DNA of 64,000 bases from Nitrospiraceae bacterium. GTDB lineage: Bacteria > Nitrospirota > Nitrospiria > Nitrospirales > Nitrospiraceae. The notes below the pieces were generated by a model. It did not search any database, was not told where the DNA came from, and saw nothing but the letters and a program-made list of their open reading frames with translations. How positions within the stretch are numbered: position 1 is the stretch's first letter; every line of letters begins with the position of its first letter. Location: contig JBFWWG010000007.1 of NCBI GenBank assembly GCA_050246315.1, positions 154,885 through 218,884 on the forward strand, read 5' to 3'. Shown in pieces: positions 22,088-33,635 of this stretch. A program made the translations under genes and the position numbers.

Positions 22088-22270
22088 CTAGTTTCGTCCA
22101 GGAGTCAGAGTTGTGGGATCTAGTCTTGACTTTGCCGAATGAAAAGAAAACGCACCGAGAGCCTTTTCAGTCTTCCTAGCGCGGGCGACCTGTGCCCCGT
22201 ACTCACGTGCAGTCCATTTGAGCTTTCTCCAGTCGACTTCCTCGATATCCCCGGCAATCTCGAAATGCAC
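22088..22270 (-). pseudogene. Internally deleted remnant of a small conserved hypothetical gene
   Basis: MHFEIAGDIEEV joined directly to WRKLK; recalled family members have ~20 aa between these motifs. Confidence 0.4.
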
Positions 22271-22307
22271 AAGCCCATTTCAGGGTTCAGCGTTTGGCCA
22301 TCTCGGA

Positions 22308-22913
22308 CTACAGCATCCCCTTCGTCGAGAGCACTTTGCCGACCAGCCGTTCCTCCGGCATCGTCGCCTGATCCAGTGCCTTGGCCGTCGCCTTGAAAAT
22401 CGCCTCCATGATGTGGTGGGGATTGCGGCCGTACATGAGATTCACATGCAGGTTCAGCCCGCCGTGCGTGACGAAGGCCTGGAAGAAGTCTTCAAAGAGG
22501 CCCAGGTCGAACGACTTGATCTTCCGATCCGGCAGGCTCACATTGTAGACGAGATAGGGCCGGCCGCTGAGATCCACCGTCACCTGCGCCAAGGTTTCAT
22601 CGAGCGGCGCCGACGCAAACCCGAAGCGCTTGATTCCCGCCTTCTCCCCCAGGGCTTGGTGCAGAGCCTTTCCCATGACGATGCCGACGTCTTCGACGGT
22701 ATGGTGCTCGTCGATGTCGAGATCGCCCTTGGCCTGGACGGTGAGGTCGAAGAACCCATGTTTCGCCAGCAATTCGAGCATGTGATCGAAAAAGCGGATG
22801 CCCGTGTCGATCTTGCCCTCACCGGCGCCATCCAACGTCCATTCAACGCGAATGTCCGTCTCCTTCGTGGCACGATGAAGGGCGGCCTGCCGCGGCGCTC
22901 CGTTCTTCTTCAT
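22308..22913 (-). CDS. hisB: Imidazoleglycerol-phosphate dehydratase
   Basis: [38 protein letters not shown]. Confidence 0.97.
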   Translation of the reverse strand: MKKNGAPRQAALHRATKETDIRVEWTLDGAGEGKIDTGIRFFDHMLELLAKHGFFDLTVQAKGDLDIDEHHTVEDVGIVMGKALHQALGEKAGIKRFGFASAPLDETLAQVTVDLSGRPYLVYNVSLPDRKIKSFDLGLFEDFFQAFVTHGGLNLHVNLMYGRNPHHIMEAIFKATAKALDQATMPEERLVGKVLSTKGML

Positions 22914-24193
22914 GCGAACCTGCTTTCTGCCGACTTGGCGTGCGCGTCAAACCCTTCGATGTGGGCCAGCCTGACGAGAGGCTCCTTGACCTGTCGCAGC
23001 TCTTCTTTGGTGAAGGACACGATGTTGCTGATCTTCACATAGTCGTTCACCGAGAGGGCGGAAAAGAACCGGGCCGTCCCGCCAGTGGGCAACACATGGT
23101 TGGGCCCTGCAATATAGTCCGCCACAGACGGCGGCGTGTAGCGTCCCAAAAACAAGGCGCCGGCATGGCGGATGCGCTCCAGATAATCGAAGGGGCGCTC
23201 CGTCGCAACCGACAAGTGCTCCGCGGCGATTTCGTTGGCCACGTCGATGGCCTGTTCCATCGACTCGGTGACAAATGCCACGGCATGCCGGGTGATCGCC
23301 TTGCCGGCGATGGCGGTTCGCGACAACTGCTTCACCTGGGTCTGCACGGCTCGCGCCACATCCTCCGCTATCTTGCGGGACGGCGTCACCAGATAGACCT
23401 TGGCATGTTCGTCGTGCTCGGCTTCACAGAGCAGATCTGCCGCCACATAGGCGGGGTTGGCCGACTCATCGGCGAGCACCAACAGCTCGCTCGGACCCGC
23501 CATCATGTCGATGCCGACCACACCATACAAGAGCTTCTTCGCCGTGGCGACGTAGATATTCCCCGGTCCGACGATCTTGTCTACCTTGCCGATCGTCCTG
23601 GTGCCGTAGGCCATCGCAGCTACGGCCTGCACACCCCCGACCCGGTAGATCTCATCGACCCCGGCAATGTCCGCCGCCACCAACAGGTACGGGTTGATCC
23701 CTGCCTGCCCGGACGGTGTGCACATCGTCACCCGTCGCACTCCTGCGACCTTAGCGGGGATGGCGGCCATCAGCACCGTGGAGGGATAGACGGCCTTTCC
23801 GCCCGGCACGTAGAGCCCGACGGCATCCAAAGGCAGCACGGCCTGCCCCAATGTCGCCCCCTGTTCCTGATACATCCAGGTCTTGCTCCGTTGCCTCTCG
23901 TGAAACATCCCGATCCGTTGTGCGGCGAGCCGGAGCGCATCGCCGTCCTCCTTACGAATCTTGTAATAGGCCTCCTTGATTTCTGCCGGCGTGACGCGCA
24001 TTAAATCCGGCTTGAGGCTCACCCGGTCGAATTTTTTTGCATAGCGCAAGACCGCTCGGTCGCCACCTCGCTCGACCGCCTTGAGGATCGTCCGCACGGC
24101 CGGTTCTACCGCCCCTGTGTCCTGCCGCCCTCGCTGCACGACCTTCTGGAGCGCGGCCTTGAAGCCGCGGTCGGAATAGGCCATCACCTTCAT
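22910..24193 (-). CDS. hisD: Histidinol dehydrogenase
   Basis: [32 protein letters not shown]. Confidence 0.97.
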   Translation of the reverse strand: MKVMAYSDRGFKAALQKVVQRGRQDTGAVEPAVRTILKAVERGGDRAVLRYAKKFDRVSLKPDLMRVTPAEIKEAYYKIRKEDGDALRLAAQRIGMFHERQRSKTWMYQEQGATLGQAVLPLDAVGLYVPGGKAVYPSTVLMAAIPAKVAGVRRVTMCTPSGQAGINPYLLVAADIAGVDEIYRVGGVQAVAAMAYGTRTIGKVDKIVGPGNIYVATAKKLLYGVVGIDMMAGPSELLVLADESANPAYVAADLLCEAEHDEHAKVYLVTPSRKIAEDVARAVQTQVKQLSRTAIAGKAITRHAVAFVTESMEQAIDVANEIAAEHLSVATERPFDYLERIRHAGALFLGRYTPPSVADYIAGPNHVLPTGGTARFFSALSVNDYVKISNIVSFTKEELRQVKEPLVRLAHIEGFDAHAKSAESRFA

Positions 24194-24918
24194 GCAAGAC
24201 TCCGATCTCGGCCGGCAAGAGCTCCGCGCTTCGCCGATCTAGGCCGTTTCCCGCTGTGGGCAACAGCGGCCGCTTTGCCATCTCCGGGCCGATTCCTCCG
24301 CAACGCCTCAAGCAACGCCGTCACAGCCTGGTGCTTCAGCTTCAAACTGGCCCGATTGACGATGAGGCGTGCGGTCGAGCGGGCAATCACGTCGATTTCC
24401 ACCAAATTGTGCGCTTTCAGCGTATTGCCCGTTTCCACCAGATCCACGATACGATCGGCCAGACCCAATACGGGGGCCAGTTCAATCGATCCGTACAGCT
24501 TGATGATTTCGACCGGAATCCCCTTCTGGTTGAAGTACCGCTCCGTAATCGTGGGATATTTCGTGGCGACCCGGACCTTGGACGATAAGCGGCTCCGCGA
24601 CTCCCGACCCCGTAGAGCCGCCACGGAGAGCCGGCATGCACCAATTTTCAGATCGACTGGTTCATACACGTCCGGGTTCTGCTCCAACAGCACGTCCTTG
24701 CCGACGACGCCGATGTCCGCCGCCCCATGCTCGACATAGGCCGGCACATCGCTCGGTCTGACGATCAAATACGTGATGCCCCGATCCGCATAGGTGAACA
24801 CCAGCTTGCGGCTGTTCTCGGTCAGGTCCTTTGTGGGATACCCGGCCTCGACGAACAGCGGCAAAGTTTGCCCCAGCAGCTTTCCTTTGGATAAGGCAAT
24901 GGTCAACATGTCGTTCAT
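24190..24918 (-). CDS. hisG: ATP phosphoribosyltransferase, short form
   Basis: IALSKG, VATKYP, GSIELAP, DLVETGNTL; no C-terminal regulatory domain. Confidence 0.95.
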   Translation of the reverse strand: MNDMLTIALSKGKLLGQTLPLFVEAGYPTKDLTENSRKLVFTYADRGITYLIVRPSDVPAYVEHGAADIGVVGKDVLLEQNPDVYEPVDLKIGACRLSVAALRGRESRSRLSSKVRVATKYPTITERYFNQKGIPVEIIKLYGSIELAPVLGLADRIVDLVETGNTLKAHNLVEIDVIARSTARLIVNRASLKLKHQAVTALLEALRRNRPGDGKAAAVAHSGKRPRSAKRGALAGRDRSLA

Positions 24919-24929
24919 ACGCCGGTTCG

Positions 24930-26204
24930 CTACGTGATCTTTGCGCTCGGAGCGCTCTTCTGCCGCTGGATGATGCCGCCGAGCGCGCCGAGCTTCTCTT
25001 CGAGCCGTTCGTACCCTCGGTCCAGGTGATAAATGCGGGACACCTCGGTCATCCCGTCCGCGGCCAGGCCAGCCAGGACCAAGCCGGCGCTCGCGCGAAG
25101 ATCTGATGCCATCACCGGCGCGCCGGTCAATCCCTTGCAGCCGGTCACGACGGCATGGTTGCCCTCGATCCTGATGTCGGCGCCCATCCGTTGTAATTCC
25201 TGGATGTGCATGTACCGCCCTTCAAAAATCGTTTCCGTCACCACGCTGGTCCCGCTCGAGATCGCCAGCAACGCCACCATCTGCGCCTGCATGTCGGTCG
25301 GAAAGGCCGGATAGGCCCCGGTTTTGATATCCGTGGCGACCGACCGTTGATCGCACCTGACGCGGAGCGTTTCTTTTCCTTCCTCGACCGTCACCCCGCA
25401 GGCCCGGAGCTTGAGCGTCAGGGCTTCCAAATGGTCAGGACGGCAGGACTCCACGCAGACATCCCCTCGCGTCATGGCACCCGCCACCAGATAGGTTCCG
25501 GTCTCGATCCGGTCGGGAATGACTTCATGGTCCGCCCCATGGAGCTGCGCGACCCCCTCGACCGTGATGACGTCGGTCCCGGCCCCTTCAATACGGGCTC
25601 CGCGTTTGACGAGGAAGCTCGCCAGATCGGTGACCTCCGGCTCCTTGGCCGCGTTTTCGATCACGGTCACGCCATTCGCCAGGCAAGCCGCCATCATGAG
25701 ATTCTCGGTACCCGTGACGGTCGAGACATCGCAATAGATGCGGGCTCCCGTGAGGCGCGATGCCCTGGCTCGGATGTAGCCATGATCGATCGAGACCTCG
25801 GCCCCGAGCTTGGTCAATCCGGCAAGGTGGAAATTGACCGGTCGAGAGCCGATCGCGCAACCGCCCGGCAGCGACACAGTCGCTTCGCCCCATCGCGCGA
25901 CCAAGGGGCCAAGGACCAAGATCGACGCGCGCATGGTCCGAACCAGATCATACGGAGCTTCGCTCGATCGGAGATGATCGCACTTGGCGACAACCCGATC
26001 TCCCTCCGTTGTGATCGAACAACCCAGCATGTTCAATAGCTTGATCATCGTCACCACGTCCACAACCTGGGGCACATTGGACAGTTCACACTCTCCCGCA
26101 CCCAGGATGGTTGAGGCCAGGATCGGCAAAGCTGCATTCTTGGCTCCGCTGGCCTTAATGGTGCCGCGCAACCTGGCTCCTCCGCTGATGACGAGACGGT
26201 CCAT
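24930..26204 (-). CDS. murA: UDP-N-acetylglucosamine 1-carboxyvinyltransferase
   Basis: [37 protein letters not shown]. Confidence 0.97.
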   Translation of the reverse strand: MDRLVISGGARLRGTIKASGAKNAALPILASTILGAGECELSNVPQVVDVVTMIKLLNMLGCSITTEGDRVVAKCDHLRSSEAPYDLVRTMRASILVLGPLVARWGEATVSLPGGCAIGSRPVNFHLAGLTKLGAEVSIDHGYIRARASRLTGARIYCDVSTVTGTENLMMAACLANGVTVIENAAKEPEVTDLASFLVKRGARIEGAGTDVITVEGVAQLHGADHEVIPDRIETGTYLVAGAMTRGDVCVESCRPDHLEALTLKLRACGVTVEEGKETLRVRCDQRSVATDIKTGAYPAFPTDMQAQMVALLAISSGTSVVTETIFEGRYMHIQELQRMGADIRIEGNHAVVTGCKGLTGAPVMASDLRASAGLVLAGLAADGMTEVSRIYHLDRGYERLEEKLGALGGIIQRQKSAPSAKIT

Positions 26205-26290
26205 GCCTAGATGTATCTATCGTTGATGGTTTTTAGCATGAGATGATTGACTTTGCTTTTTATCGGCGTGGATTGGCCGCCATTCTACGA

Positions 26291-27187
26291 TCAGGAATGT
26301 CGTTCCGCCCACACGATCCGTTCGATCCCCTGCTGATCTCGGATGGTGCGAATGTTCCGATATTCGCACTGCGCCCTCACCAGATCGACACAGGTCGGTG
26401 CCGCCCCCGCTCCCACCTCCATAGCCAAGATCCCTCCGGGAGCCAGGTATCGGACAGCCTGCGATACCAGTCGCCGATGGATTGCCAATCCGTCCGGGCC
26501 ACCCGCCAGTGCCAGGCGAGGTTCGAACAGCCCCACTTCGGGCTGGAGTCTAGCTAATTCGTCCTCTGGAATATAGGGGGGATTGGAGAGGATGGCCGTC
26601 AATCGCCCTTGCATCGAACAGGCCCCCAGAGGGGCCAATAGATCCCCTTCAAGCAGCCTCACACGGTCAGCAACCCCATGCCGCACCAAGTTTTTGCGGG
26701 CTACTTGGAGCGCAGCCGACGAACAATCGATCCCGTAAATGTTCGCCTGCGGCAAGGCCAAGGCGAGGCTCACCGCGATACAGCCGGAGCCGGTTCCCAC
26801 ATCTGCGATCAGGAGATTGGTCATCGTCGCCATCCAGCGCACGCCTTCCTCCACCAGCAATTCCGTTTCTGGGCGAGGGATCAAGACGGCCGGCGTGACG
26901 GTGAAGGCACGGCCGCAAAACTCTTGGCTGCCCAGCAGATACTGAAGCGGCTCCCGTGCAGCCCGCCGGCGCAGCAGAGCTTCCGCCCGCTCACGCTGAA
27001 CGGCCGGGACCGCCTGGTCTCTGTCGAATTGGAGCCGGAGGTGATTCCGCTCCAGCGCCGCTTCGAGGATCCAGATCGCCTCCCGTTCCGCGGACTCGAT
27101 GCCGGCCTGCTGGAGCTGTTTGATGCTCCGGCGCAGCAGTTCCTTGACGGTCATGCAGCCCGCTTCCGCTGCCAGCCATTCGGCCAT
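26291..27187 (-). CDS. prmC: Release factor glutamine methyltransferase
   Basis: EPLQY, LIPRPETE, DVGTGSG, SNPPY. Confidence 0.95.
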   Translation of the reverse strand: MAEWLAAEAGCMTVKELLRRSIKQLQQAGIESAEREAIWILEAALERNHLRLQFDRDQAVPAVQRERAEALLRRRAAREPLQYLLGSQEFCGRAFTVTPAVLIPRPETELLVEEGVRWMATMTNLLIADVGTGSGCIAVSLALALPQANIYGIDCSSAALQVARKNLVRHGVADRVRLLEGDLLAPLGACSMQGRLTAILSNPPYIPEDELARLQPEVGLFEPRLALAGGPDGLAIHRRLVSQAVRYLAPGGILAMEVGAGAAPTCVDLVRAQCEYRNIRTIRDQQGIERIVWAERHS

Positions 27188-27190
27188 CGG

Positions 27191-28333
27191 TCACGCCTCT
27201 TGCGGCGAGTTCGTTTGGGCCTGCGTCTGAGCCTGCGCCGAGCGAAGCCCTTCCACAATTTCGTCGAGGTCTCCCTCCAGCACCTGATCCAGACGATGGA
27301 GGGTTAGGCCGATTCGATGGTCGGTCACCCGATTTTGCGGAAAGTTATAGGTCCTGATCTTCTCGCTCCGGTCGCCACTCCCAACCTGAGACTTGCGATG
27401 CTGAGCAATCTCCGCCTCCTGCTTTTCCCGTTCAGCTTCAACGATACGGGCGCGCAGGGTTCGCATGGCCTTGTTGCGATTCTTGAGTTGGGAACGTTCG
27501 TCCTGACAACTCACCACGACTCCGGTGGGAATGTGCGTGATCCGCACCGCGGAATAGGTGGTATTGACGCTCTGACCGCCGGCACCGGACGAGCAGAAGG
27601 TGTCGATGCGAAGATCCTTCGGATCAATGCGCACCTCCACCTCATCGACCTCCGGCATCACCGCCACGGTGACAGCGGAGGTGTGGATGCGCCCACTGGC
27701 CTCCGTGACCGGCACGCGCTGCACCCGATGCACGCCGCTCTCATACTTCAGATGGCCGAATGCGCCCTTGCCCTCGACCAGCACGATGATTTCTTTATAG
27801 CCGCCGATCCCGGTCTGGGAGGCATCGACCAACTCGGTTCTCAGTCCCTTGCGCTCCGCATACTTCATATACATGCGGAGCAGATCGCCCGCGAACAGGG
27901 CGGCTTCCTCGCCTCCCGTGCCGGCACGTATCTCCAGGAAGACGCTTTTCTCGTCTCTCGGATCTTTGGGCACGAGCAACTCGAACGCGCGCTGTTCAAG
28001 TTCTCGGCGACGAGCTTCGAGCTGTTGCGCCTCTTCCCGGGCAAGACTGCGCAGGTCGGCATCGGCGGCCCCGTCGCCCAGCAACTGCAGGACCTCCTCC
28101 TGTTGGCGGAGGAGGTCCTGCCTGACATCAAACAGTTGCGCGAGCTCCTCGAGCTCTAGCCGTTCTTTGTTGAGCTTGCGAATGAGGGGCGGCTGAGTAA
28201 GGACGGCCTCGTCATGAAGTTGGCGGACCAATTCATCGTGGCGAGCCTTGGCCGTGTCCCACTTGGAGAGCAGAGCGGTTTCCTTGATATCCGACACTGG
28301 TCCGTTGGCCACGGGATGGCCTCTCGTTTCCAT
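27191..28333 (-). CDS. prfA: Peptide chain release factor 1
   Basis: [13 protein letters not shown] (PxT), GAGGQ, RTYNFPQ; start ATG 28333 or GTG 28312. Confidence 0.95.
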   Translation of the reverse strand: METRGHPVANGPVSDIKETALLSKWDTAKARHDELVRQLHDEAVLTQPPLIRKLNKERLELEELAQLFDVRQDLLRQQEEVLQLLGDGAADADLRSLAREEAQQLEARRRELEQRAFELLVPKDPRDEKSVFLEIRAGTGGEEAALFAGDLLRMYMKYAERKGLRTELVDASQTGIGGYKEIIVLVEGKGAFGHLKYESGVHRVQRVPVTEASGRIHTSAVTVAVMPEVDEVEVRIDPKDLRIDTFCSSGAGGQSVNTTYSAVRITHIPTGVVVSCQDERSQLKNRNKAMRTLRARIVEAEREKQEAEIAQHRKSQVGSGDRSEKIRTYNFPQNRVTDHRIGLTLHRLDQVLEGDLDEIVEGLRSAQAQTQAQTNSPQEA

Positions 28334-28373
28334 GTTGGCAGGTGACGTGAGACATGACGCACCGGCTGCGAAC

Positions 28374-28580
28374 TTATGTGGCTTTCTTGGCGTATTTCTT
28401 CTTGAACCGCTCGACCCGCCCTTCCGTATCAACGATCTTCTGCATGCCCGTGAAGAACGGATGGCAGCTCGAACAGATATCGACCTTCAGATCACCGACC
28501 GTCGTGCGTGTGCTGAACCGGGCACCGCAGGCGCAACTGATCCAGGCTGTCCGGTACCCGGGGTGAATGCTCTTCTTCAT
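28374..28580 (-). CDS. rpmE: 50S ribosomal protein L31 (Cys-containing type)
   Basis: [23 protein letters not shown]. Confidence 0.96.
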   Translation of the reverse strand: MKKSIHPGYRTAWISCACGARFSTRTTVGDLKVDICSSCHPFFTGMQKIVDTEGRVERFKKKYAKKAT

Positions 28581-28607
28581 GTATGTGTCCTCTCAAACTC
28601 CGCCCTG

Positions 28608-29855
28608 TTAGCGATTCATCGACAGCAAAAACTCTTGATTCCCCTTTGTTCCCTGCATCTTGTCCATCAAAAACTCCATCGCCTCGACTGTCCCCAGTGG
28701 ACTCAGCACCTTCCGCAGGATCCACATCTTGTTGAGGCGATCCTTCTCCACGAGCAGTTCTTCTTTTCGCGTGCCGGACTGGGCAATGTCAATAGCCGGG
28801 AAGATCCGCTTGTCCGCCAATCGGCGATCGAGATGAACTTCCATGTTGCCGGTCCCCTTGAACTCCTCGAAAATCACGTCGTCCATGCGGCTTCCCGTAT
28901 CGACCAGCGCAGTGGCCATGATCGTCAGACTCCCACCGTTCTCAATGTTGCGGGCGGCGCCGAAGAATCGCTTCGGGCGCTGCAATGCGTTGGAATCCAA
29001 CCCGCCGGACAGAACCTTGCCGCTCGGCGGCGCGATCGTATTATAGGCCCGCGCCAGACGAGTGACGCTATCCAGGAGAACGACCACGTCCCGCTTGTGC
29101 TCGACGAGCCGCTTGGCCTTTTCCAGGACCATTTCCGCAACCTGGGCATGCCGCTGCGCCGGTTCGTCGAACGTCGAACTGATCACCTCCGCGCGGACCT
29201 GCCGCTGCCAATCGGTGACCTCCTCCGGACGTTCGTCGATCAGCAACACGATCAAAACGACTTCCGGATGGTTCTTGATGATTGCCCTCGCAATCGCCTG
29301 CAAGAGCATGGTCTTGCCGGTCCGCGGAGCGGCCACGATCAATCCGCGTTGTCCCTTGCCGATCGGTGTGGTCAGGTCCATGACCCGCGTGCAATACTCC
29401 TCCGGATCGTATTCGAGCTTGATCCGTTCTTCGGGATAGAGCGGCGTGAGGTTGTCGAACAGGATCTTATCCCGCGCCACTTCTGGGTCCTCGAAATTGA
29501 CCTTCTCCACCTTCAAGAGCGCGAAATACCGTTCGCTCTCTTTGGGCGGCCGAATCTGGCCCGACACAATGTCACCTGTCCGAAGGTTGAACCGCCGAAT
29601 CTGGGAGGGAGAGATATAAATATCATCAGGTCCTGGCAGATAATTTGAATCGGGGGCCCTCAAGAAACCGAATCCATCCGGAAGGGTTTCCAACACGCCC
29701 TCCCCAAATACCACGCCGTTCTTCTCGGTTTGAGCCTGCAGGATGGCAAAGATCAGCTCCTGCTTGCGCAAGTTGGCCGCATTCTCGATTTTCAGGTCGC
29801 GGGCCACTTCGTTCAGATCGGCGATCGACTTTTGCTTCAATTCAGCCAAATGCAT
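28608..29855 (-). CDS. rho: Transcription termination factor Rho
   Basis: [27 protein letters not shown]. Confidence 0.98.
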   Translation of the reverse strand: MHLAELKQKSIADLNEVARDLKIENAANLRKQELIFAILQAQTEKNGVVFGEGVLETLPDGFGFLRAPDSNYLPGPDDIYISPSQIRRFNLRTGDIVSGQIRPPKESERYFALLKVEKVNFEDPEVARDKILFDNLTPLYPEERIKLEYDPEEYCTRVMDLTTPIGKGQRGLIVAAPRTGKTMLLQAIARAIIKNHPEVVLIVLLIDERPEEVTDWQRQVRAEVISSTFDEPAQRHAQVAEMVLEKAKRLVEHKRDVVVLLDSVTRLARAYNTIAPPSGKVLSGGLDSNALQRPKRFFGAARNIENGGSLTIMATALVDTGSRMDDVIFEEFKGTGNMEVHLDRRLADKRIFPAIDIAQSGTRKEELLVEKDRLNKMWILRKVLSPLGTVEAMEFLMDKMQGTKGNQEFLLSMNR

Positions 29856-30299
29856 ACATTCCCCCTTGGCAGGTCACACTACCCCGCTCGTGCTGCTGCA
29901 CGTAATAGGACGTGGATAATATGAAAAGGTAACAACAATAACGACTGATCTCACACGACCGGATTGCTATCGGTATTGTCCAACAAACACTCAATACAAT
30001 TGACAATTTCAGAAGTTTAGGTGGTTCGCCTCGGCTAGAGTTTGAGTTTATGTATGGCCTGGCTAGGGTTGAGAGGTATTTGATTGGGAATTGAATAACA
30101 AGCGGCCGGTTGCCTGCACAAGCCCATGACACTTACAGTCGTTTGCTCACTGAGGGCAGTCGCGGATGGCACTGCACGAACCCTCATACCTCAGGAGCCT
30201 TCCGGCTTCCCCGAATTGCTGATCGCGAAATCGACTCCGAAGAGTTGGCTTAAGTAAGACGGTTGGGGTAATCAGTGTCCGGTAAGTACGATCAGTTTC

Positions 30300-30328
30300 A
30301 TGCTAACGCTGAGATACTGCAATGTCAA
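30300..30328 (-). promoter_or_regulatory. Putative sigma70 promoter of rho, implying a ~440-nt leader
   Basis: TTGACA-N17-TAGCAT on the minus strand. Confidence 0.55.
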
Positions 30329-30467
30329 GTAGCGGACCGAAAAAACTGTCCGCAGGGTGTCGCCTCGCTGGAATATTCTGAAATAGGGACATACCGATTT
30401 CCCGCTTGTGAGACCTGTTGCACCACATTCAGGGCTTGTGCTAAACAGCCCTTGCAGCAAGAATCCT

Positions 30468-30881
30468 ATGGATGACGCGCCTCTCAGTCCGCCGGAACGA
30501 ACCTTCTCTGTTGAGGAAGCCAACGTTCTCATCCCTCACCTGAGGACGCTATTCTTGCGCATCAAGACGGCCCGCTCGGTTCTGATCAGGATCGGGGGGG
30601 AGATCCGGAAGGCCGCTGCAAAGATGGATATCGGAGGTGGGAGTCCGTATGGAAGCCTCTACCTCCAAACATTGGAGGACGTCTCAAGCAGCATCCAGGC
30701 ACTCCAGGAAACCGGAGTGCTGATTAAGGACCTGGATAGTGGGTTGTGTGATTTCCCGCATAGTTCGGATGGCCGGATCGTTTACCTCTGCTGGCAGATG
30801 GGGGAGGAGGAAATAAGCTGGTGGCATGAAGTCGCCAGCGGTTTTCAAGGTCGCCAGCCTCTGGAATCGCTGGCCACATAA
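30468..30881 (+). CDS. DUF2203-like protein
   Basis: FSVEEAN, KDLDSGLCDFP, VYLCWQMGE...WWH...GFQGR. Confidence 0.85.
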   Translation: MDDAPLSPPERTFSVEEANVLIPHLRTLFLRIKTARSVLIRIGGEIRKAAAKMDIGGGSPYGSLYLQTLEDVSSSIQALQETGVLIKDLDSGLCDFPHSSDGRIVYLCWQMGEEEISWWHEVASGFQGRQPLESLAT

Positions 30882-30958
30882 AGACTTGGCTGCTTTTTGC
30901 ATCGGCCCCCCCATACCTCCAGCAAAACAATCATGAAATAGAACGATTCGCATACACG

Positions 30959-31246
30959 ATGAAATTTGTCATTCTTGGTTTTGACGGTCCCGATGGGGAG
31001 GCTGGAAGGAAAATCCATCGGCCGACGCACCTCGCAAGGTTGGAGCCGCTCGACGCACAAGGGCGGGTCGTGCTCGCTGGACCCTTTACGGACAAGGCAG
31101 GAAGCCTGATCATTATCGAAGCTGAATCTCTCGAGGAAGCTGAAGCGTTCGCGCAGAGCGACCCCTATGTCCAATTTGGGATCTTCGAACGAGTGGAAAT
31201 CCACCCTTTTATGCAGGTTTTCCCGAAAGCAGCCCTTCCAAAGTAA
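30959..31246 (+). CDS. YciI family protein
   Basis: R..HLARL, LAGP, GSLII, DPY. Confidence 0.88.
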   Translation: MKFVILGFDGPDGEAGRKIHRPTHLARLEPLDAQGRVVLAGPFTDKAGSLIIIEAESLEEAEAFAQSDPYVQFGIFERVEIHPFMQVFPKAALPK

Positions 31247-31441
31247 CTCAATAAACTTGTTTGCGCTTCTGACCCATCAGACAGATGAGCCGCCCTCGCT
31301 CTGCCGCGTATTCGATCGACTCTCGCCGCTGTAGGACCGCACATCTCCGCTGGAGATACCCTCCTTCCGCCTGCGGCGGTTTGCCCGAAGCAGGGGTGGG
31401 CGGTAAGCTTTCAGGACAGCCTCCTTACCAACGATTGCCTC

Positions 31442-32692
31442 ATGCAGATTCAATTCCTGCCCTTCGCCCTACTCTTGACGATCGTTTTCACAATATCCCG
31501 CTTAGCCCTCGCGGATGATCCTCGAACCGTTATTAGTGAGGCGGTCTATGTCATGGCAGACCGAGATACGCTCGTGTCGGCAAGAGAAGCCGCATTGCTC
31601 CGTGCCAAACAGAAGGCCATCGAGCAGGCTGGAGTGTACTTGGAGAGCTGGTTCACCGACGTATCACATGAGACGGCAACCGAAGCTCACCATACCAGTT
31701 CATTGGTGATCCGTACGATTGCTGCCGCCGTCACCGAGACGGAAATCCTCGACCAGGAAAGTTCTATCACCGAGGGTCGGCCGTCGTTTTATGTCAAGAT
31801 CCGAGCCGTCGTGGATCGCGTGCATCTGGCCGACGCTGTCCGGCGTCTCCAACTCGAGGACCGCTTCGCCAGCCATCTGCAGCAACTCAAGAGCGAAAAT
31901 TCCACCCTGAAAGCCGAGCTCTCGAAGCTGACTCATGAACTGGAGGCCTATCGCGACAATCGGAGCCCAGTCCGGATCGAAACGCCTGATGAATTAGTCC
32001 AGCGGGCCTTCAAGACTTCTCGCCTATCCGAGAAGGTTCTCTTGGCGACCCAAGCCATCCAACTGAACCCGCAACTCGCGGATCCCTACGTCGTACGAGG
32101 TCAGACGTACTTGAAGGCAGCCACCGAAACGAAGGTTCGCATGGGCCCCGGCGCAGACTTCGACCTTTTCATTCGATTGGCTTCCGAGGACTTTTCCCGT
32201 GCTCTATCCATCGACTCCCACCAGACATGGGCCTATCTGGGCCGCGCGGATCTGCATAGCCTACAAGGAAACTCCACCGAAGCCCTGAAGGATTATCGGC
32301 AACTTCTGGATATTGACCCTCTGTGTGACCTGGCCCGGCAGCGAATGACCGTGCTTGCGATCCAGACTGCCAAGAAGCAGATTCGCGCGCGCGACTGGCA
32401 GGACGCTTCCATGACCCTGGACAGCCTGTTGGGCAGTGATCCGTCTTCGTCATGGGTTTCCTATCAGGCGGAAGCCTACCTCCTTCGTAGCAGAGTCCGC
32501 AGAGCCCTTGGCCGTCGGGAGGATGCGCTCGAAGATCTCAACACACTGTTGACAGCCCTTCCCCATCACGCAGAAGGCTTGCGTCATCGCGGGCAATTGC
32601 ACGAAGCTCTGGGCATGACCTCTGAGGCAATCTCGGACTTGCAGCATGCCTGCACCCTGGGCCTGAAAGCCGCTTGTCCGTCGTCATCCTAG
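31442..32692 (+). CDS. Exported coiled-coil / TPR-repeat protein
   Basis: Signal peptide, AKQKAIEQAG, coiled coil, several TPR-like AY..RG/RA units. Confidence 0.75.
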   Translation: MQIQFLPFALLLTIVFTISRLALADDPRTVISEAVYVMADRDTLVSAREAALLRAKQKAIEQAGVYLESWFTDVSHETATEAHHTSSLVIRTIAAAVTETEILDQESSITEGRPSFYVKIRAVVDRVHLADAVRRLQLEDRFASHLQQLKSENSTLKAELSKLTHELEAYRDNRSPVRIETPDELVQRAFKTSRLSEKVLLATQAIQLNPQLADPYVVRGQTYLKAATETKVRMGPGADFDLFIRLASEDFSRALSIDSHQTWAYLGRADLHSLQGNSTEALKDYRQLLDIDPLCDLARQRMTVLAIQTAKKQIRARDWQDASMTLDSLLGSDPSSSWVSYQAEAYLLRSRVRRALGRREDALEDLNTLLTALPHHAEGLRHRGQLHEALGMTSEAISDLQHACTLGLKAACPSSS

Positions 32693-32707
32693 TCCCTGAC
32701 TCGCGCG

Positions 32708-32737
32708 TTGACACCGTTCAGAATCGCTCGTTATAGT
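32708..32737 (+). promoter_or_regulatory. Near-consensus sigma70 promoter of the oxidoreductase operon
   Basis: TTGACA-N18-TATAGT, ~200 nt before ATG 32943. Confidence 0.65.
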
Positions 32738-32942
32738 ACGCGGTTAGGTCCCTTGATCGGTCCAAAATATCGAGAGTGCACGCTTAGCCCGAAAGGCCTA
32801 ATCGTGCATCGAACGAGGGTCCGAAATTTCGCCACGGTGGGCCTTCTGTGAACTTGCACAACTCGCTGAGAAAGCATAAAGTGTGGGCCAGCTTCCGCCC
32901 GGTGTCCGTCATCTTATTTCTAACGTCGGAGCTCGATAAACG

Positions 32943-33578
32943 ATGAGTCAATATCGCGTGCTACCAGGTCCAGAGCATTTTTTGCCTCCCGCCGCCGCGT
33001 CAATGGGAATCGTGCTCCCAAATCCAGGAGAAGGCCACATTAACGGAGAGATCGTTCCTGAAGAAAAGGCCATGGAAGAGGCGGCGCGGCAATTTCTCAT
33101 GGCTCGCGTTCCGACGATCTTCCCAGGTCCGTTGGTGTTGTGGGCTTGGAACGAAAAAGCGGCGAAGAAAGCGGCGGCCGTTCGACATCTGTACGAAACC
33201 ATCAAGGAGTGTGTCACTCCTGAACAAAAGGCGATGCTCATTCCCATGCCGGACTATCGCCCCAAGTACCCCAAAATCAATCCCGAAGTCGAGATCAACC
33301 CGAACCACCCGAATCTGACAATCTGGCACAACAAGATCGATGCCTGCATGTTCGTAGGCGTGCATTGCCATCAGGCGAACTTGTCGCTCAAAATCATCCG
33401 CGGCGGCACATCCTGCTATACGATCGCCATGTGTGCCCAAGCTGGTCACGAGGATGCGATGCTCTCGTTCCGCGATGCGTCGGTCGAAAAAATTCATCGC
33501 CTCGCGGAGTGGGTCAAGAGGTTGAAAGGCTCGGTCACGGTGCGGAAAGCGGCCGGGCGTAGTTCGGCATCAAATTAA
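32943..33578 (+). CDS. Five-subunit 2-oxoacid:ferredoxin oxidoreductase, delta subunit
   Basis: YRVLPGPE, PTIFPGP, EINPNHPN, VGVHCH; first gene of the D-A-B-G-E cluster. Confidence 0.8.
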   Translation: MSQYRVLPGPEHFLPPAAASMGIVLPNPGEGHINGEIVPEEKAMEEAARQFLMARVPTIFPGPLVLWAWNEKAAKKAAAVRHLYETIKECVTPEQKAMLIPMPDYRPKYPKINPEVEINPNHPNLTIWHNKIDACMFVGVHCHQANLSLKIIRGGTSCYTIAMCAQAGHEDAMLSFRDASVEKIHRLAEWVKRLKGSVTVRKAAGRSSASN

Positions 33579-33635
33579 ACCCATCGACCTAATTCCGGAA
33601 GGCCGAATGGGCTGACTGATAAGGAGGCTCGATCC

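Noticed and set aside
32860..32900. TPP riboswitch (GCTGAGA) before a TPP-enzyme operon
   Set aside because: The downstream GAACCTGA...GCGTAGGGA core is absent
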